This document shows positions 1 through 21,971 of a stretch of 64,000 nucleotides of DNA, piece after piece. This DNA comes from the human T2T-CHM13v2.0 reference genome, Homo sapiens: NCBI RefSeq assembly GCF_009914755.1, contig NC_060929.1; one strand, given 5' to 3'. Made by a program: the position numbers and the translations under genes. Numbering within the stretch: the first letter of the stretch is position 1; every line of letters starts with the position of its first letter. Below the pieces are notes generated by a model. That model ran no database searches. It was not told the DNA's origin and worked only from the letters and a program-made list of their open reading frames with translations.

Positions 1-780
1 TTTAAGGCATGTCTACTAGCAAAGAATTGTCTTAGTTTTTGTTAATCTGGGAAATCTTTATTTCACCATCATTTTTTAAAGAAGCTTTGGTGGATATAGG
101 ATTCTTGGTTGTCAGGTTTAGTTTTGCTTCTTTTTTTTTAGAGCACTTTGAATATGTTTGTTATTCCACTGCCTTCTGGCTGCCACTGTTTCAGCTGAAA
201 AGTCAACTGTTAATGTTATTGGGGTTCCCTTGTAAGTGACTCATTGTTTTCTTTGGCTATTCTTTGTTGCTGAGTCTCCGCATTTTTCCTATGATGTTTC
301 TGTTTGTGGGTCTACTTGTGTTTATCCTACTTAGAGTTCATTGAGCACTCTATATGTGTCAGTTAACATTCAATAAATTTGGCAAGACTTCAGCCATTGT
401 ATCTTCAATTTTTTTTTCTGCTCCATTCCTTTTCCCCTCTCCTTCATGCTTCCGTTACTTCTGTATTGATGAATTTAGTGGTGTCCCAAATTTCTCTAAG
501 ACTCTGTAAATTTTTCTTCATTCTATTTTCTTTTTGTTCTTCATGTTACATAAACCCTATTAATCTATCTTCAAATTCACTACTTTTTTTATTCTGCCAG
601 TTTGAAGATACTGTTGAATCCCCTCCTCCCTACCCCCAACCCCTAGTGAATTAATATTTAATTTGTTGTTATACTTTTCAACTCCAGAATTTCCATTTGT
701 CTCTTTAGAGTTTCTATCTCTTTACTGTTATTCTCTATTTAATGCAACATTTTTCTCATATCTTCCTTTACTACTTCTTT
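1..780 (-). mobile_element. Old L1 (L1M-type) fragment
   Basis: T-rich degenerate sequence resembling antisense ancient L1; L1-like sequence resumes around 1740-3470. Confidence 0.6.
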
Positions 781-784
781 TTTT

Positions 785-930
785 ATTATTATAAAAGGAT
801 ACAGTTTAAGAACAGCCAGGTGGAAGACATGCATAAGGCAAGGTATGGAGGAAGGAGCAGGGAGCCCCTATGCTCTCTTCAGGTGCACCACCCTCTCAGC
901 ACCTGCATGTGTTCAGCAACCTGAAACTAT
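785..930. mobile_element. MER21-type ERVL LTR fragment
   Basis: GAACAGCCAGGTGGAAGACATGCATAAGGCAAGGTATG resembles the recalled MER21 consensus. Confidence 0.6.
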
Positions 931-968
931 TCATTTTATTTTTTTCTTTCTCTTTTCTTTCTTTCTTT

Positions 969-1529
<561 letters not shown>

Positions 1530-1596
1530 GGAACTACTTCTTTAATCATAGTTTTCTTAATGTTTCCTTTGAAGGCTTTGTTAAAACTGACAGCTT

Positions 1597-1723
1597 GGCC
1601 AGGCACAATGGCTCACACCTGTAATCCAAGCACTTTGGGAGGCTGAGGGAGGATCACTGGAGCTCAGGATTCAAGACCAGCCTGGGCAACATAGTGAGAC
1701 CCCCCATCTCAATAAACAAAAAA
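1597..1723 (+). mobile_element. FLAM/Alu monomer
   Basis: Left monomer plus A-tail; TSD AAACTGACAGCT. Confidence 0.85.
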
Positions 1724-2221
1724 GAAACTGACAGCTGGTCATTTCTGTTACTTGCTTTTTTTTTTTTCTGGTGAATGGATTATACTTCTCTCTTTTTTTT
1801 TGCATGTCTCAAAATTTTTTGTTGGAAAATGGATATTTTAGAAAATATATTGTAGCAACTTTGGGTACTAACTCCTTCCAGTCCCACCCAACTCTAGTGC
1901 ATTTTGTTCTTATTTGCTTGTTTACTTGTTTAGTGACTGGCTGGATAATTTTAGTGAAGTTTAATCTCTCCCCACCCCCATTCCCACCCCCACATCCACC
2001 TGCAGTGTTAAACCTCTGATGCTGTTTCTCAGGATCTCAGCCTTGGCTATGCCCAGTTACCCTCTGATGACAGTGGTTTTGGCAGGACTCTCTTCAATAT
2101 TTATTTCCCTAACTCCACCCAGCTGTTAAGCTCCACTAATTGCAGGCTGATTGCTCTATTGTTTTCAACAACACCCTAAGGAATGAATTGCTCCAAAGAC
2201 TAATCCCATTACATTTGGGCT

Positions 2222-2488
<267 letters not shown>

Positions 2489-2735
2489 TAGTTCTCAAGG
2501 TCAGTGAGATTTGTTCTTACTCCAGAAGGATCCTTCCAGCTATCTCTTTCCCTGGTTCTCTCAGTCAAACTAGCCAGCCTACAGTTTCTATCTCCAGTGA
2601 GTCTACCAATATCCTTTCGATTGCCTGTCATGACAACCTCCCTTGTGTTGGAGAGCCCCTTAGGCTTAAGCTTCTCCAAACACTTTTGCAAAAAAGTCAT
2701 GTCCCCTGGGAAGAAAGTAGGAGCTAGGTGTGTTA

Positions 2736-3086
<351 letters not shown>

Positions 3087-3476
3087 GGCACAAATCTCTC
3101 CACATGACACACCTATTCCAGGAGTTGAGCATTCACTGGAATGGAAGGACAGTGTAATTGGGTCTTCTTATCTTGCTTCTCCCAGCATGGAACCACCACC
3201 TTACAACCTGGGCAAGTGTAATTGGGGCCTCAATATTCTTGGTGGCTATGTGCGCAATGTAGAGAGCTTCTATCCCATGGGTTGAAGCAGGGTAGAAGAC
3301 AGTCCCCACCTCTTGGTCACACTTGCCTGGTGCTTAGCCTGAGAAACAAGTAGGGGGAAGGATGAGAAATACTGACATCTTGCCCCTCCTGGGAGGATAG
3401 CCCTCTGACTAGAAATGGGAGAAGAGAAGCCCTGTATTCAAGTTCAAGTTCATCTACAGAGTCATGTTCTCTAGAG

Positions 3477-4225
3477 TATGTGGTCAGAATTCTTACAGAA
3501 GCACCGGGACTGCCCCCTGTAGCCTTTCAGTCCAAACAACTTGACCTTTCTGTTTTAGGCCGGCCCTCATGTCTGCATGCGGCAGCTGCTACTGCTCTAA
3601 TACTTTTAGAGGCCCTCAAAATCACAAACTATGCTCAACTCACTCTCTACAGTTCTCATAACTTTCAAAATCTATTTTCTTCCTCACACCTGATGCATAT
3701 ACTTTCTGCGCCACCACCTCACTCCCCCACCACCCCACTCCTTCAGCTGTACTCACTCTTTGTTGAGTCTCCCACAATTACCATGTTCCTGGCCCGGACT
3801 TCTATCCAGCCTCCCACATTATTCCGGATACCACACCTGACCCCCATGACTGTATCTCTCTGATCCACCTGGCATTCACCCCATTTCCCCATATTTCCTT
3901 CTTTCCTGTTCCTCACCCTGATCACACTTGGTTTATTGATGGCAATTCCACCAGGCCTAATTGCCACACACCAGCAAAGGCAGGCTATGCTATAGTATCT
4001 TCCACATCTATCGTTGAGGCTACCGCTCTGCCCCACTCCACTACCTCTCAGCAAGCCAAACTCATTGCCTTAACTCGAGCCCTCACCCTTGCAAAAGGAC
4101 TGTGTGTCAATATTTACACTGACTCTCTTTTCGGACTCTGCCCACTTACACCCAAGTGAAATAAACAGACTTGTTGCTCACACAAAGCCTGTTGGTGGAC
4201 TCTCTTCACACAGACTCGCATAACA
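3477..4225 (+). mobile_element. HERV-H pol (tether/RNase H) segment fused to LTR7 R-U5
   Basis: ORF 3480-3863 (VAFQSKQLDL...LLEALKITNYAQLTLYSSHNF) matches the minus-strand HERV-H pol at ~25200-26800; switches to LTR R-U5 at CTGACTCT (4119-4126) and ends ...TAACA. Confidence 0.92.
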
Positions 4226-4613
4226 TAGAAAACATAAGTACGGACCAAAGAATTAGAAGAAATACTAGACTAATTCTCTCTTCTTATTTGGCACGTACTG
4301 AAACCTAAGTAAAGGTATATGAGAAGAGATAAACAGTGAGCTATAATTTACATAACTGTGCCATTCTGTAACCCAATTCAGTCCAAGACTTGAGAAATAA
4401 CTGGGAGTACCTCACAGAGGAGTTATTTTATACATTTAAGGAACAAAAAGCTGGTAGTCCTGAATTTCTAAAAGCTATTTAGGATAAGTAGATTTTTACT
4501 TCTTATAATCCCCTAATACTACCTTACCACTAAAATAGACCAGAGCCAATTAAGCCACTTCTCTTTAAGAGGAAGCAGTATCGGCACTCTGTGTCTATTA
4601 AGAATCTTTCCAG

Positions 4614-4912
<299 letters not shown>

Positions 4913-5291
4913 TTATTTTCCCTTCCACTGAAAGGGCTAAAGGTAAATTTAGCTGGTAATAGAATAATTTCCAGCAAGGTCTTCGAGTAAAATTTTGAGG
5001 TATTTCTTATGTTTATACCACTCAACTAGAATTCAAAATCCAAGGTAATTACTGAGACCAAATTTCCTAGGAATGAGGAATGGGAATGTTGCAGGGCATC
5101 CTAAAGGGGCTACACCCTCTATGAACAGATACCTTGCACTCCAGGAGCTCATTAGAGTAAAATTTTTGTACATTTCCAGAATTAAATGGGAAAAAAAAGA
5201 AGGTGAACACAAGAGTTGAACTGAACAATGCACAGTGCTTTGTTCTGGCCCCACGAAAACATCTGAATATATCGTTTGCATCTAATCGTGC

Positions 5292-5739
5292 TGTGAAAGT
5301 TATCAGGAAGAAAAATGGAGTACCTAATGTTAAAAATAAAACCCTGATAAATAGAGCCAGGGATGGCTGTGAAGAGAGGATTTTCATGTTTATATGCCTG
5401 ATAACAAAAACTATCACAAAAGGCTCTGCAAAAACCAACCTCCATTGCAAACTTACACAAAAAAAAACTTCTGCAAGGACATCTGCCTAGTAACTCCTTG
5501 TCCAATTTCAGACTGATGTCACCCTTGTTATTGATCTCTGTAGCCAAGAATAATTATTTCAAAACAGTTATGCAATCCTCTTCATTAAAAACAAAACAAA
5601 ACAAAAAAACCTTTGTCTTGCTTTACTTCTCTGAATACATACATACTATGGCATGTGTATTCTCATTGCAGTGCTCTAGTCCCAAGTAAATATCATTTTC
5701 TTTTGGAGCGCCTCTCTCTATGTGTTATTTAAATTGACA
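5292..5739 (+). mobile_element. MER65-type ERV1 5' LTR
   Basis: TGTGAAAGT...TTGACA; direct repeat of 9623-10058; resembles recalled MER65A consensus. Confidence 0.85.
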
Positions 5740-5757
5740 TGGTGTCAGAAATGGGAC
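5740..5757 (+). promoter_or_regulatory. Primer binding site, tRNA-Leu type
   Basis: TGGTGTCAGAAATGGGA directly after the LTR; near-complement of the tRNA-Leu(CAA) 3' end (TGGTGTCAGAAGTGGGAT). Confidence 0.75.
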
Positions 5758-6508
5758 CTGAAAAAGATCACTATTGGAAGACGATGGCAATTCTTGGAAT
5801 TGGAGTGCAGTAGTCAATTGAGCCCTTTGAGCTCTCTGCTTCCATGGCTAGCCTTTTCTGCGCTGAGTCTACTCTCAGGCCAGGCCTCCCTCTTTTTGGT
5901 AGAACCTCTTAACTTTGTTTGGGATCTGATTTGAACAAGCCCATCTTAATGGCAAACCATCCATCCCTCCTGAGATGATAAAAGACTTTTTGTCTTTTAT
6001 GGTAACTTATTTCTTGTATAAGAATGTATATCCTTCTAGACTGAGTACTCTGGAGTCTACAGAATTGACATTCTGCCTGTGAGGCATGTCTTTTCTGGTT
6101 AATTTATTTTTGGTTTGGTTTGCACGCCTAGTTAAATATTTAACCTGCACTCCTGGGTTAAAATTTTTGTGAGCTTTCTTATCTTGGTTTCTTTTTATTT
6201 AGTTTAACTCTTTTCCCTTGATTATTGCTAAAAATCTTTCAGGAACAAAATTAATTGTTCTGGATGGTGGGCACAGGATGGCTAATTAAAAGCCAGTGGG
6301 GCATTCATCACCATCTAAAAGACTGGTTTAAACTTCTACCATTTCCTGACAGGATTTATAGAATTTTCTTTGCTCTTGAGATATTAATAAGAAATGGAAA
6401 AGGATTTTCAAGCAATAAGGCGTGCCAGGTTTTTTGGGACTCCAGAGAGCTACAAATTATAGCCCATTTTTAAACTGATGCACATTTTTAAATTGATGAA
6501 CAAAATTA

Positions 6509-6872
<364 letters not shown>

Positions 6873-7508
6873 GTTGGTTCAGAGCTCAAATGGTGATTAT
6901 TCAAACTATCAAAAAAAAAATTTCACAACTATAGAGCCAGCGTGTAGTCTTCTAAGTTCTCCATCTTTCTATTTTTTTTTCTCCCTACTTTACTTTCAAT
7001 CTGCTGACAAATCTACTGGCCTTGAGATAAAACTCACTGCTTATGGCATTCCAGCCATGATTTTTTTTTTTTAAGTCTCAGAATTTCAAATTTCTTAATT
7101 TTCAAAAGGCCTTCAAATTAATGACTTTACAAATTACAACAGCTTCATGGTAACCAACAACTTAGATAGCTTTAGGAAATATAAATTTAAGTTTTCCTAA
7201 CAATTGATTACAATGATAGAACACTTAATTGAAAAACTAATAATTTAAAAGAAAAAGAACTAGGTAAGTGTTTATAAAAGGCTGTCATATCAAACAGGTC
7301 AATACTTTAAAGCTTAGAAAAATAATATCAGGAATCTCTGCTTGGCATAAAAATTTTACTTTTTCTGCCATACAGAGGCCAAAAAGAAACAACTGGGAAA
7401 AAAATGATAAAACTGATTGCTGAACAAAAATATGTTTGTTCTTGGCTTCTTAACCTTTATAGAAAGACTAAATATATTTGATTTATTAATAAACATTTTA
7501 AAAATTAC

Positions 7509-7994
<486 letters not shown>

Positions 7995-8185
7995 TAATGC
8001 TATATTTTTCATTTGGCAGGATAATGATATTATTGAAATCTCATAATCAGAAGCTTCTGCTGTCAATTTAGCAGATTCTAGCCTAAGAAATCCTTTCCTA
8101 TTCATTGGTTAAATAAGAAAATTTCTGTGCTATTGTTAATACTACCTGCTGTAACTGGATAAATTCCTTGGGAAAGTTGAGACCC

Positions 8186-8752
8186 TGTGTTAGTCTGTTT
8201 TCGACTATGCTGGGCACAGTGGCTCATGCCTGTAATCCCAGGACTTTGGGAGACTGAGGTGGGAGGCTTGCTTGAGCTCAGGAGTTGGAGACCAGCCTGG
8301 GCAATATAGCAAGACCCTTGTCTCTAAAGAAAATAAAAATATATTCTTTAATTATTAAAAAAAAAAAGAAGAAATATCTGAGTCTGGGTAATTTAGAAAG
8401 AAAAGAGGTTTAATTGGCTGACAGTTCTGCAGGCTGTCCAGGAAGCATAGCAGCTTCTTCTTCTGGAGAGGCGTCAGGAAACATACAATCATGTCCGAAG
8501 GGGAAGGAGGAGCAGACACATCACATGGCTGGAGTAGGAGCAAGAATGAGAGCAGGGAGGTGCTACACACTTTTAAACAACCAGATCTCACGATAACTCA
8601 CTATCATGAGAACTGCACAGAAAAGATGGTCCTACCCATTCATGAGAACCCCTCCCCATGAGCTAATCACCTCCCACTAGACCCCACCTCCAACATTGGT
8701 GATTACAATTTAATGTGAGATTTGGGTGGCAACACAGATCCAAACCATATCA
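8186..8752 (-). mobile_element. MSTA/MSTB MaLR solo LTR with FLAM insertion (~8209-8370)
   Basis: TGTGTTAGTC...CCAAACCATATCA; 5-bp TSD GACCC/GGCCC. Confidence 0.85.
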
Positions 8753-9251
8753 GGCCCACTTACACAAAACAAGAAAACAGGCCACATGGTTACAACAGGT
8801 ATTTGTACAACATGCAATTCCATATGGTCATTTGATTTAATCAGTTGGTTGTTTTTAAGCCTAGGTTTATGGCTCAAAAACATATTATGCAAATTGGGAT
8901 TGTCATACTATTATTCATTTTACTTTGTATTTTTCCTTTTTAAACTTTGTATCTGCTACTTGTTAAATTTTTACAGAAGTACAACTCTTAACAAAATAAT
9001 ACTGGCTCAACACTTTGAGATGATGGTAAAAGACTATGGAACAGACAAAATTGAACTTTAATAATGGACTTTAGGTATACTTAGCCTGAGAGCCCCTCCC
9101 TTCGAACCTCCCTTGTTGCTTAAATATTGCTGAAAGTCTTTTGACACTGACTTCTAGTCACTAGTCACTAGTCACTACCCTTAACACGAGAAGAAACCAG
9201 CAACTGGGACAAATTCATCCCTGCACCGAGGGACATCAAAACCTAAGTACA

Positions 9252-10058
<807 letters not shown>

Positions 10059-10887
10059 ATGCTAATCCATTCACCATTCTGTGAGATCTGACTCGAAGAC
10101 TATCTCATTATCCTAAAATATCCATTTTTCTGCTTTTCTGCTTAATTTTCCCTAAGTTTCTGTGACCCCTCCAAGTTATTTCCCAATGAGCAATTCTATC
10201 ATTCCTCATTTAATTTCACTCTCTTAAATGTAAACTCTAATTAATTTATACCTTTGGCCTACTCCTTTCAGAGCCCTCTTCTTCCACAATTTGTTAGTTT
10301 GAGATTGTAAACTTCCGCACAAGAGAGCAGAATATTATGCTGGGTGGGTTAGTCCCAGTGATTGCAAAAAATGCCAGTGAGTATAATTTTCATATGCTGA
10401 GAATACTGGTGATTACATTTCACAGTTACTCATTAGCTTCTTGTCAGGCTGAGCATCACCAAGAGCAGGTCTGTAGGTGAATCCCATATAGGGGAGTATG
10501 GGAGAGGAGGTGAGCAGTGGCTGGAATCTAGCCAGCACCCCACTCACCAAGCTGTGTGAATCTCAGGGCATTCAGTGAGGCCCTGGCAAATGGGGATCAA
10601 TATAAAAATACTCAGTAAGACGTCTTCTCTGACTTTAACGTGATTTACTGATAGAAGCCTGCCTTTCAGAAAACATCTTTTTCTTCTTTTTAGAATGTGG
10701 GAAGATGTGTGTGATAGAATACTAAATAAGTTGAGATTTACCTAGTTTTGTGGACAAAAATAACGCATATGACCAGAAAACAAAGTCAGTGCATCCAATT
10801 GTTTCCAGTATTATTTCTGCATGGAGGAGTTATGGATGATTCTTATTTATATCCTTATACCTTTAAAAATTATCAACAGCATGGCTG

Positions 10888-11191
10888 GGCTGGGCGATAG
10901 CTCACACCTGTAATTCCAACACTTTGGGAGGCTGAAGCAAGGGGATTGCTTGAGCCCAGGAGTTCGAGATTAACCTGGGTAACATAACAAAACTCCGTCT
11001 CTACCAAAAATACAAAAATTAGTTGGGCGTGGTGGTGCACTCCTGTTGTCCCAGCTACTCCAGAGGCTGTGGTGGGAGGACCACTTGAGCCTGAGAGGTC
11101 GAGGCTACAGTGAGCCGTATTGCACCACTGCACTCCAGCCTGGGTGACAGAGTAAGTCCTTGTCTCAAAACAAAAAAAAAAAAAAAAAAAA
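10888..11191 (+). mobile_element. AluJ
   Basis: Alu consensus with J diagnostics; TSD AAAATTATCWACAGCA. Confidence 0.9.
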
Positions 11192-11831
11192 AAGGAAGAA
11201 AGAAAATAAAAATTATCTACAGCAGATGTATTTTATCAGAAAAGACGGAACAATTTTTGCTTTGTATACACTGCTCCTCGTGTGGAATGCACTCTCCCTC
11301 TGTTCTGTCTGTTAGAGTTTCAAATCCAAGATAAATGTCAAGTCTTCTGTGAAACCTGTTTCCTAGTCTATTTTCTCCTTAACTTGACTTTTCCACCCTG
11401 ATTTTTCCAAGTTCATTATTTGCCTAATACTTCCGCTTCCTGACCAGAAGAGGTCGGTGTTGCGTCGCTTAAGAAAAAGCAAAGCCTTTCTGATAAATTG
11501 TTTTGGGGTTTTTGTTTGTTTTGTTTTGCTCTTTTTTACTAAGGGAAAACTTTTTCTTTAGAAATATGATATTATATTTCCTAGAGATATTATGATATTA
11601 TAGAAGTTAGACATAAACATCTATCAGTGCCTCTGTAACTAACAAGTTTTCAAGTGGAGTATTATCAACAAATGGAAACTTATAGCCTTTGGATTATTCT
11701 CATTAGTACCTAGCACTTTACTAAGCCACAGAGAATTTTATCTGATATGTAAAACTTTGAAAGTAGAAAAAGAGAAAACAAGAGAGAATACATTTAAACA
11801 GGAAAACCAAACTTTTCCAGGGACAAACTAA

Positions 11832-12500
<669 letters not shown>

Positions 12501-12705
12501 CATAGCTGTCCGCTCTTTAATTTTCACTGTGGGAACTACTCTCCTGGCACCAAGTGTCTTACAATAACCTCTTAGTTCATCCCCTGCCTCCTCTCTCACC
12601 TTTCCCATAAATAAATTGGGACAATTCAGTTAATTCTGTATGCTGCTACTAGAATGATGTAGTCACCTGTGGTCCCTTCATCTTTCTGTTAAAAAGCCAT
12701 TCATA

Positions 12706-12993
12706 GGCGGGGTGCGGTGGCTCATGCCCATAATCCCAGCACTTTGGGAGGCCGAGGAGAGTGGATCACTTGAGGTCAGGAGTTTGAGACCAGCCTGGCC
12801 AACATGGCAAAACCCCTTCTCTATTAAAAATTAAAAAAATTAGCCGGGCGTGGTGGCGCGGGCCTGTGGTCCCAGCTACTCAGGAGGCTGAGGCATGAGA
12901 ATTGCTTGAACTCGAGAGATGGAGGTTGCTGTGAGCTGAGATCGCCACTGCACTCCAGCTTGGGTGACAGAACAAGACTGTCTAAAAAAAAAA
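12706..12993 (+). mobile_element. AluS
   Basis: Alu consensus; TSD AAAAGCCATTCAT. Confidence 0.9.
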
Positions 12994-13002
12994 AGCCATT
13001 CA

Positions 13003-13135
13003 TGAAATGTTCTGTGGATGGATGGTGACGGTGATTCCACAACAATGTCAATGTACTTAGTGCCACTGAACTTACACTCAAAAATGGTTAAAATAATAAA
13101 TATTATGTTATGCATATTTTATTACCAAAAAAATT
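13003..13135 (+). mobile_element. L1MB-type 3' end
   Basis: gaaatgttctg...tgccactgaacttacactcaaaaatggttaaa followed by an A-rich end. Confidence 0.7.
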
Positions 13136-13586
13136 AATGATTCAAACATCCACAACATAATGTTCTATAGGGACCATCACCATCCAACTCCAGTCAATCT
13201 TCATTAGTACAGCTGCATCTTACTGTATGATGGTCATACCACCCCCAGCGCCCCCACATACGCTTGCACTCACACTCCTTTCTCGGCAACAACTTCCTTC
13301 AAAGTCCTCATACCTAGCCTGTGCTTTTTCTTGGATTTAGCTCTTTTGTTTTTCAAACTTGCTGGATATAACCATATGCTGACCTTCCAGCCATTCAAAG
13401 CCCAGTTCAGCTGCATTTCGTCCATGAAGTCTTCCCTCTCATATCTGTCGTGTTGGAAATAATCTCTTTTGCTGGGCTTCAGTGTTTTCTATCACTATTC
13501 TGCCTGTATAAATCTTCTTAAGGACTGAGACCGTGCCTTAATCCTCTTGGTATTTCCCCTCACTTTTACCACAGTGCTTCGCACGG

Positions 13587-13700
13587 AGCTACTTGGGAGG
13601 CTGAGGTAGGAAGACAGCTTGAGCCAAGGAGTTGGAGGCTGCAGTGAGCCATAAATGCACCACTGCACTCCAGCCTGGGTGACAGAGTGAGACACTGTCC
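13587..13700 (+). mobile_element. Alu right-arm fragment next to an L2 relic
   Basis: Partial Alu consensus. Confidence 0.75.
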
Positions 13701-14017
13701 CCCCAAACTCCTCCCAAAAAACAGATGAATCTTCATTGTAAATGATTTGTAACAATGAACTCTGGACTTCTTAGCTATTTTTACTAGCTTAGCCATTTTA
13801 CTTGGCCATTTTTACTAGGAGAAAAGTTTAACTCTTTTTTTCCTTTTTTGTTTTTTTTTTTTTACCTTTTTTTCTTTTTTTTAAACTTTTTTTCTTTTTT
13901 CTTATTTTCGGAGAAAAGTCTCTTAAAAAACAAGAAAACAAAAACACAAAGAAAGAGTTTTGAACCTACTTGAGGACTGAGCTCCTGGTCTAATATAAAT
14001 ATACATTTTCTATTTCA

Positions 14018-15054
<1,037 letters not shown>

Positions 15055-15389
15055 GTAGTCACAGCCACAGCCCACATAACTGAGGCAGATTTAGAGAAAT
15101 TGGATCATGGGTAAATGACTTTCATTTCCTATAAGCAAGGTTGATGATGTTGCTGTTTCACTAGTACAGGCTGCTTATGACCATGTTCATTCTGATTGAT
15201 GAATACTACTGCTGAATAGTGTGTCAATGATTTTGATTACTGCTCTTTTCTGAAAGCTTTTAGGCCTAGCTTTTGAAAACAGAATGATCTAGAAACAGAG
15301 AGAAGAATCATTCTCCACCACCAAATACAGAGTGCTGAGTCCTCAGTACTGAACCCAAAGGCTGGTAGGTCATAGAGAGTATATCCTGA

Positions 15390-16550
<1,161 letters not shown>

Positions 16551-16645
16551 AGCATCCTCTTTGTTCTCTGGCAGCGTGAGGGAAAAGCATGCCCCTTTAT
16601 TTTCTCTAGGGACTTCTTGTCTCCTATGGATAGGCCTTGGGCAAA

Positions 16646-16646
<1 letters not shown>

Positions 16647-16687
<41 letters not shown>

Positions 16688-16692
16688 ACACA
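16647..16692. repeat. (CA)n microsatellite
   Basis: Direct reading. Confidence 0.95.
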
Positions 16693-17018
16693 CCCCAAGC
16701 ACAGATGAGCAATAATTCTCAGCGATGATGAAGTTCAAATCCAAACTAAGAACAACACACATTTTCCCAAACACAAAAATAATTTTCAAAGATGACTCCT
16801 GCACACAATGAAGAAAATAATTTGGGCTCTCCAGATCTTTGCACTAACAAGAAAATTATTTGTGATGCTTTACTTAGCAAAACAAAACAGCCATTTATAC
16901 CTAGTCTCTACCATCAGCAGCATGAAGAATTAGCAAAGGCTTTGAAATCAATTTTTTTTTTCTGAAGATCACCAGGAGAAAAATGTACTGTCCTCTGTCT
17001 GGAGTCTTTGGAATTTAA

Positions 17019-17702
<684 letters not shown>

Positions 17703-17838
17703 TCTCTGGCCACTTCTGATCTGTTCTTTGTTACTGTAATTTTGCCACTTCAGAAATGTAATATTAATGGAATCATAAGGCATATAACCTTTGAGACTGG
17801 GTTTTCTCACTCAGCATAATGCACTTTTAACTAATTAA

Positions 17839-18697
<859 letters not shown>

Positions 18698-18775
18698 CAG
18701 ACCAGCCCTTTGCAACATTGTAACCTCTGTGAGTTTGTTTTCATTAAATACACTTTCTCTTTTCTATATTTATGA

Positions 18776-19141
<366 letters not shown>

Positions 19142-19236
19142 ATTCTTTCTTTCTTCCTTTTCTTTCTTCCTTTTCTTTCTTCTCTTTCTTTCTTTCTTTT
19201 CTTTCTTTCTCTCTCTCTCTCTATCTCTCTCCCCCC

Positions 19237-19267
<31 letters not shown>

Positions 19268-19292
19268 CTTCCTTCCTTCCTTCCTTTCCTTT
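19142..19292. repeat. CT-rich compound microsatellite
   Basis: (CTTT)n/(CT)n/(CCTT)n. Confidence 0.9.
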
Positions 19293-19566
19293 TTGGTCAG
19301 GATTATAAAGGTGTTCATCCTTTGTCTTTCTGGGGAGTTGATTAATTATTTTCAAGTACAGGAAGGTTCATTGTCATTCTGGTATTGGAAGACAAAGATG
19401 ATACTTGTGTCATAGTTTTTTCAAGCAATCGCCTGTGCACTTTATCCTAAGTGTTTACCACACAAGAAGTCTTTGACCGGTGCTACCTGTCAGAGGAGAG
19501 AGAAGTTTTTGTGAGCCAAGGGTCAGAGTGGGTTCCAAGAGGTCACAGGATTTGAGGAGATGAGAG

Positions 19567-19697
19567 CTGGGCATGGTGGCATAGGCCTGTAGTTCCAGCT
19601 ACTCAGAAGGCCAAAGCCGGAGGATTGCTTGAGTCCAGGTGTTCAAGGTCAATCTGAGCAACATAGTGAAAACCCATCTCTGTTAAAAAAAAAAAAA
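19567..19697 (+). mobile_element. FLAM
   Basis: Monomer; TSD AGGATTTGAGGA. Confidence 0.85.
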
Positions 19698-19699
19698 GG

Positions 19700-21087
<1,388 letters not shown>

Positions 21088-21488
21088 TAATTAGGAGGGA
21101 ATAGACTATGCACCCAAGATCAAGATTGGACTTGCTTTGTTACCTTCTAAAGACTCATGAGAGTGGCAATATTTAAGAATTGATACACTGAGAACAAGCC
21201 ATGAATGGATGTGTGGGTGTGCATTTTTAATCAAAGCAGGAATGACATAACTAATCATGTCACTAACTCAAATTTCTCGTGTCTTAATGCAAATCAAATT
21301 AACACTATGACTCTCATTTATCTTATTAAAAAAGCAATTCCCAACATGTATTACTTATTTATTTAGAAAATAAATAACTTTATCAACCTGCTTTGGAGAT
21401 ATAAAATGCCCTGAGGAAGCAGTAGTCAGGATAAAAGCCAGCTACTGCCAATTATCTTATACTGCCCTCTTGGATTCAGAAACTCACA

Positions 21489-21930
21489 GCTGGGCATGCA
21501 CCTGTCATCCCAGCTACTTGGGAGACTGAGGTGGGAAGATTGCTTGAAAACAGGTGTTCGAGACCAGCTTGGACAATGTAGTGAGACTCCTATCTCAAAA
21601 AAAAAAAAAAAAAAAAAAAAAAAGAAGATTCACAAGCCTAGTTTCTCCCTGTTTCCTCTCCTTCACCACATTCCACTGATGTTGGCCTTCCTCCTGTACT
21701 TCAAATATGGTGAGTTTGTCCCCATCTCAGAATGACCTGGAAAGTTCTTCCTGAGATTTTCACATGGCTGTCTCTTTCTTATCATTTATTTATTTATTTA
21801 TTTATCTGAGACAGGGTCTCACTCTGTCACCCAGGCTGTCACTGCAGCCTCGACCTCCCAGGCTCAAGTGATCCTCCCACCTCAACCTTCCTAAGTTCTG
21901 GGATTACAAGTGAAAGCCACCATGCCTGGC
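21489..21930. mobile_element. FLAM (+), L2 relic and deleted Alu (-)
   Basis: Partial consensus matches. Confidence 0.7.
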
Positions 21931-21971
21931 ATCATTCAGTTTTTTCTTTTCCTTTTTTTTTTTTTTTTTTT

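Noticed and set aside
10440-10620. Possible exon ending in CAGTAAG
   Set aside because: Only a donor-like motif; no supporting acceptor, ORF or partner exon
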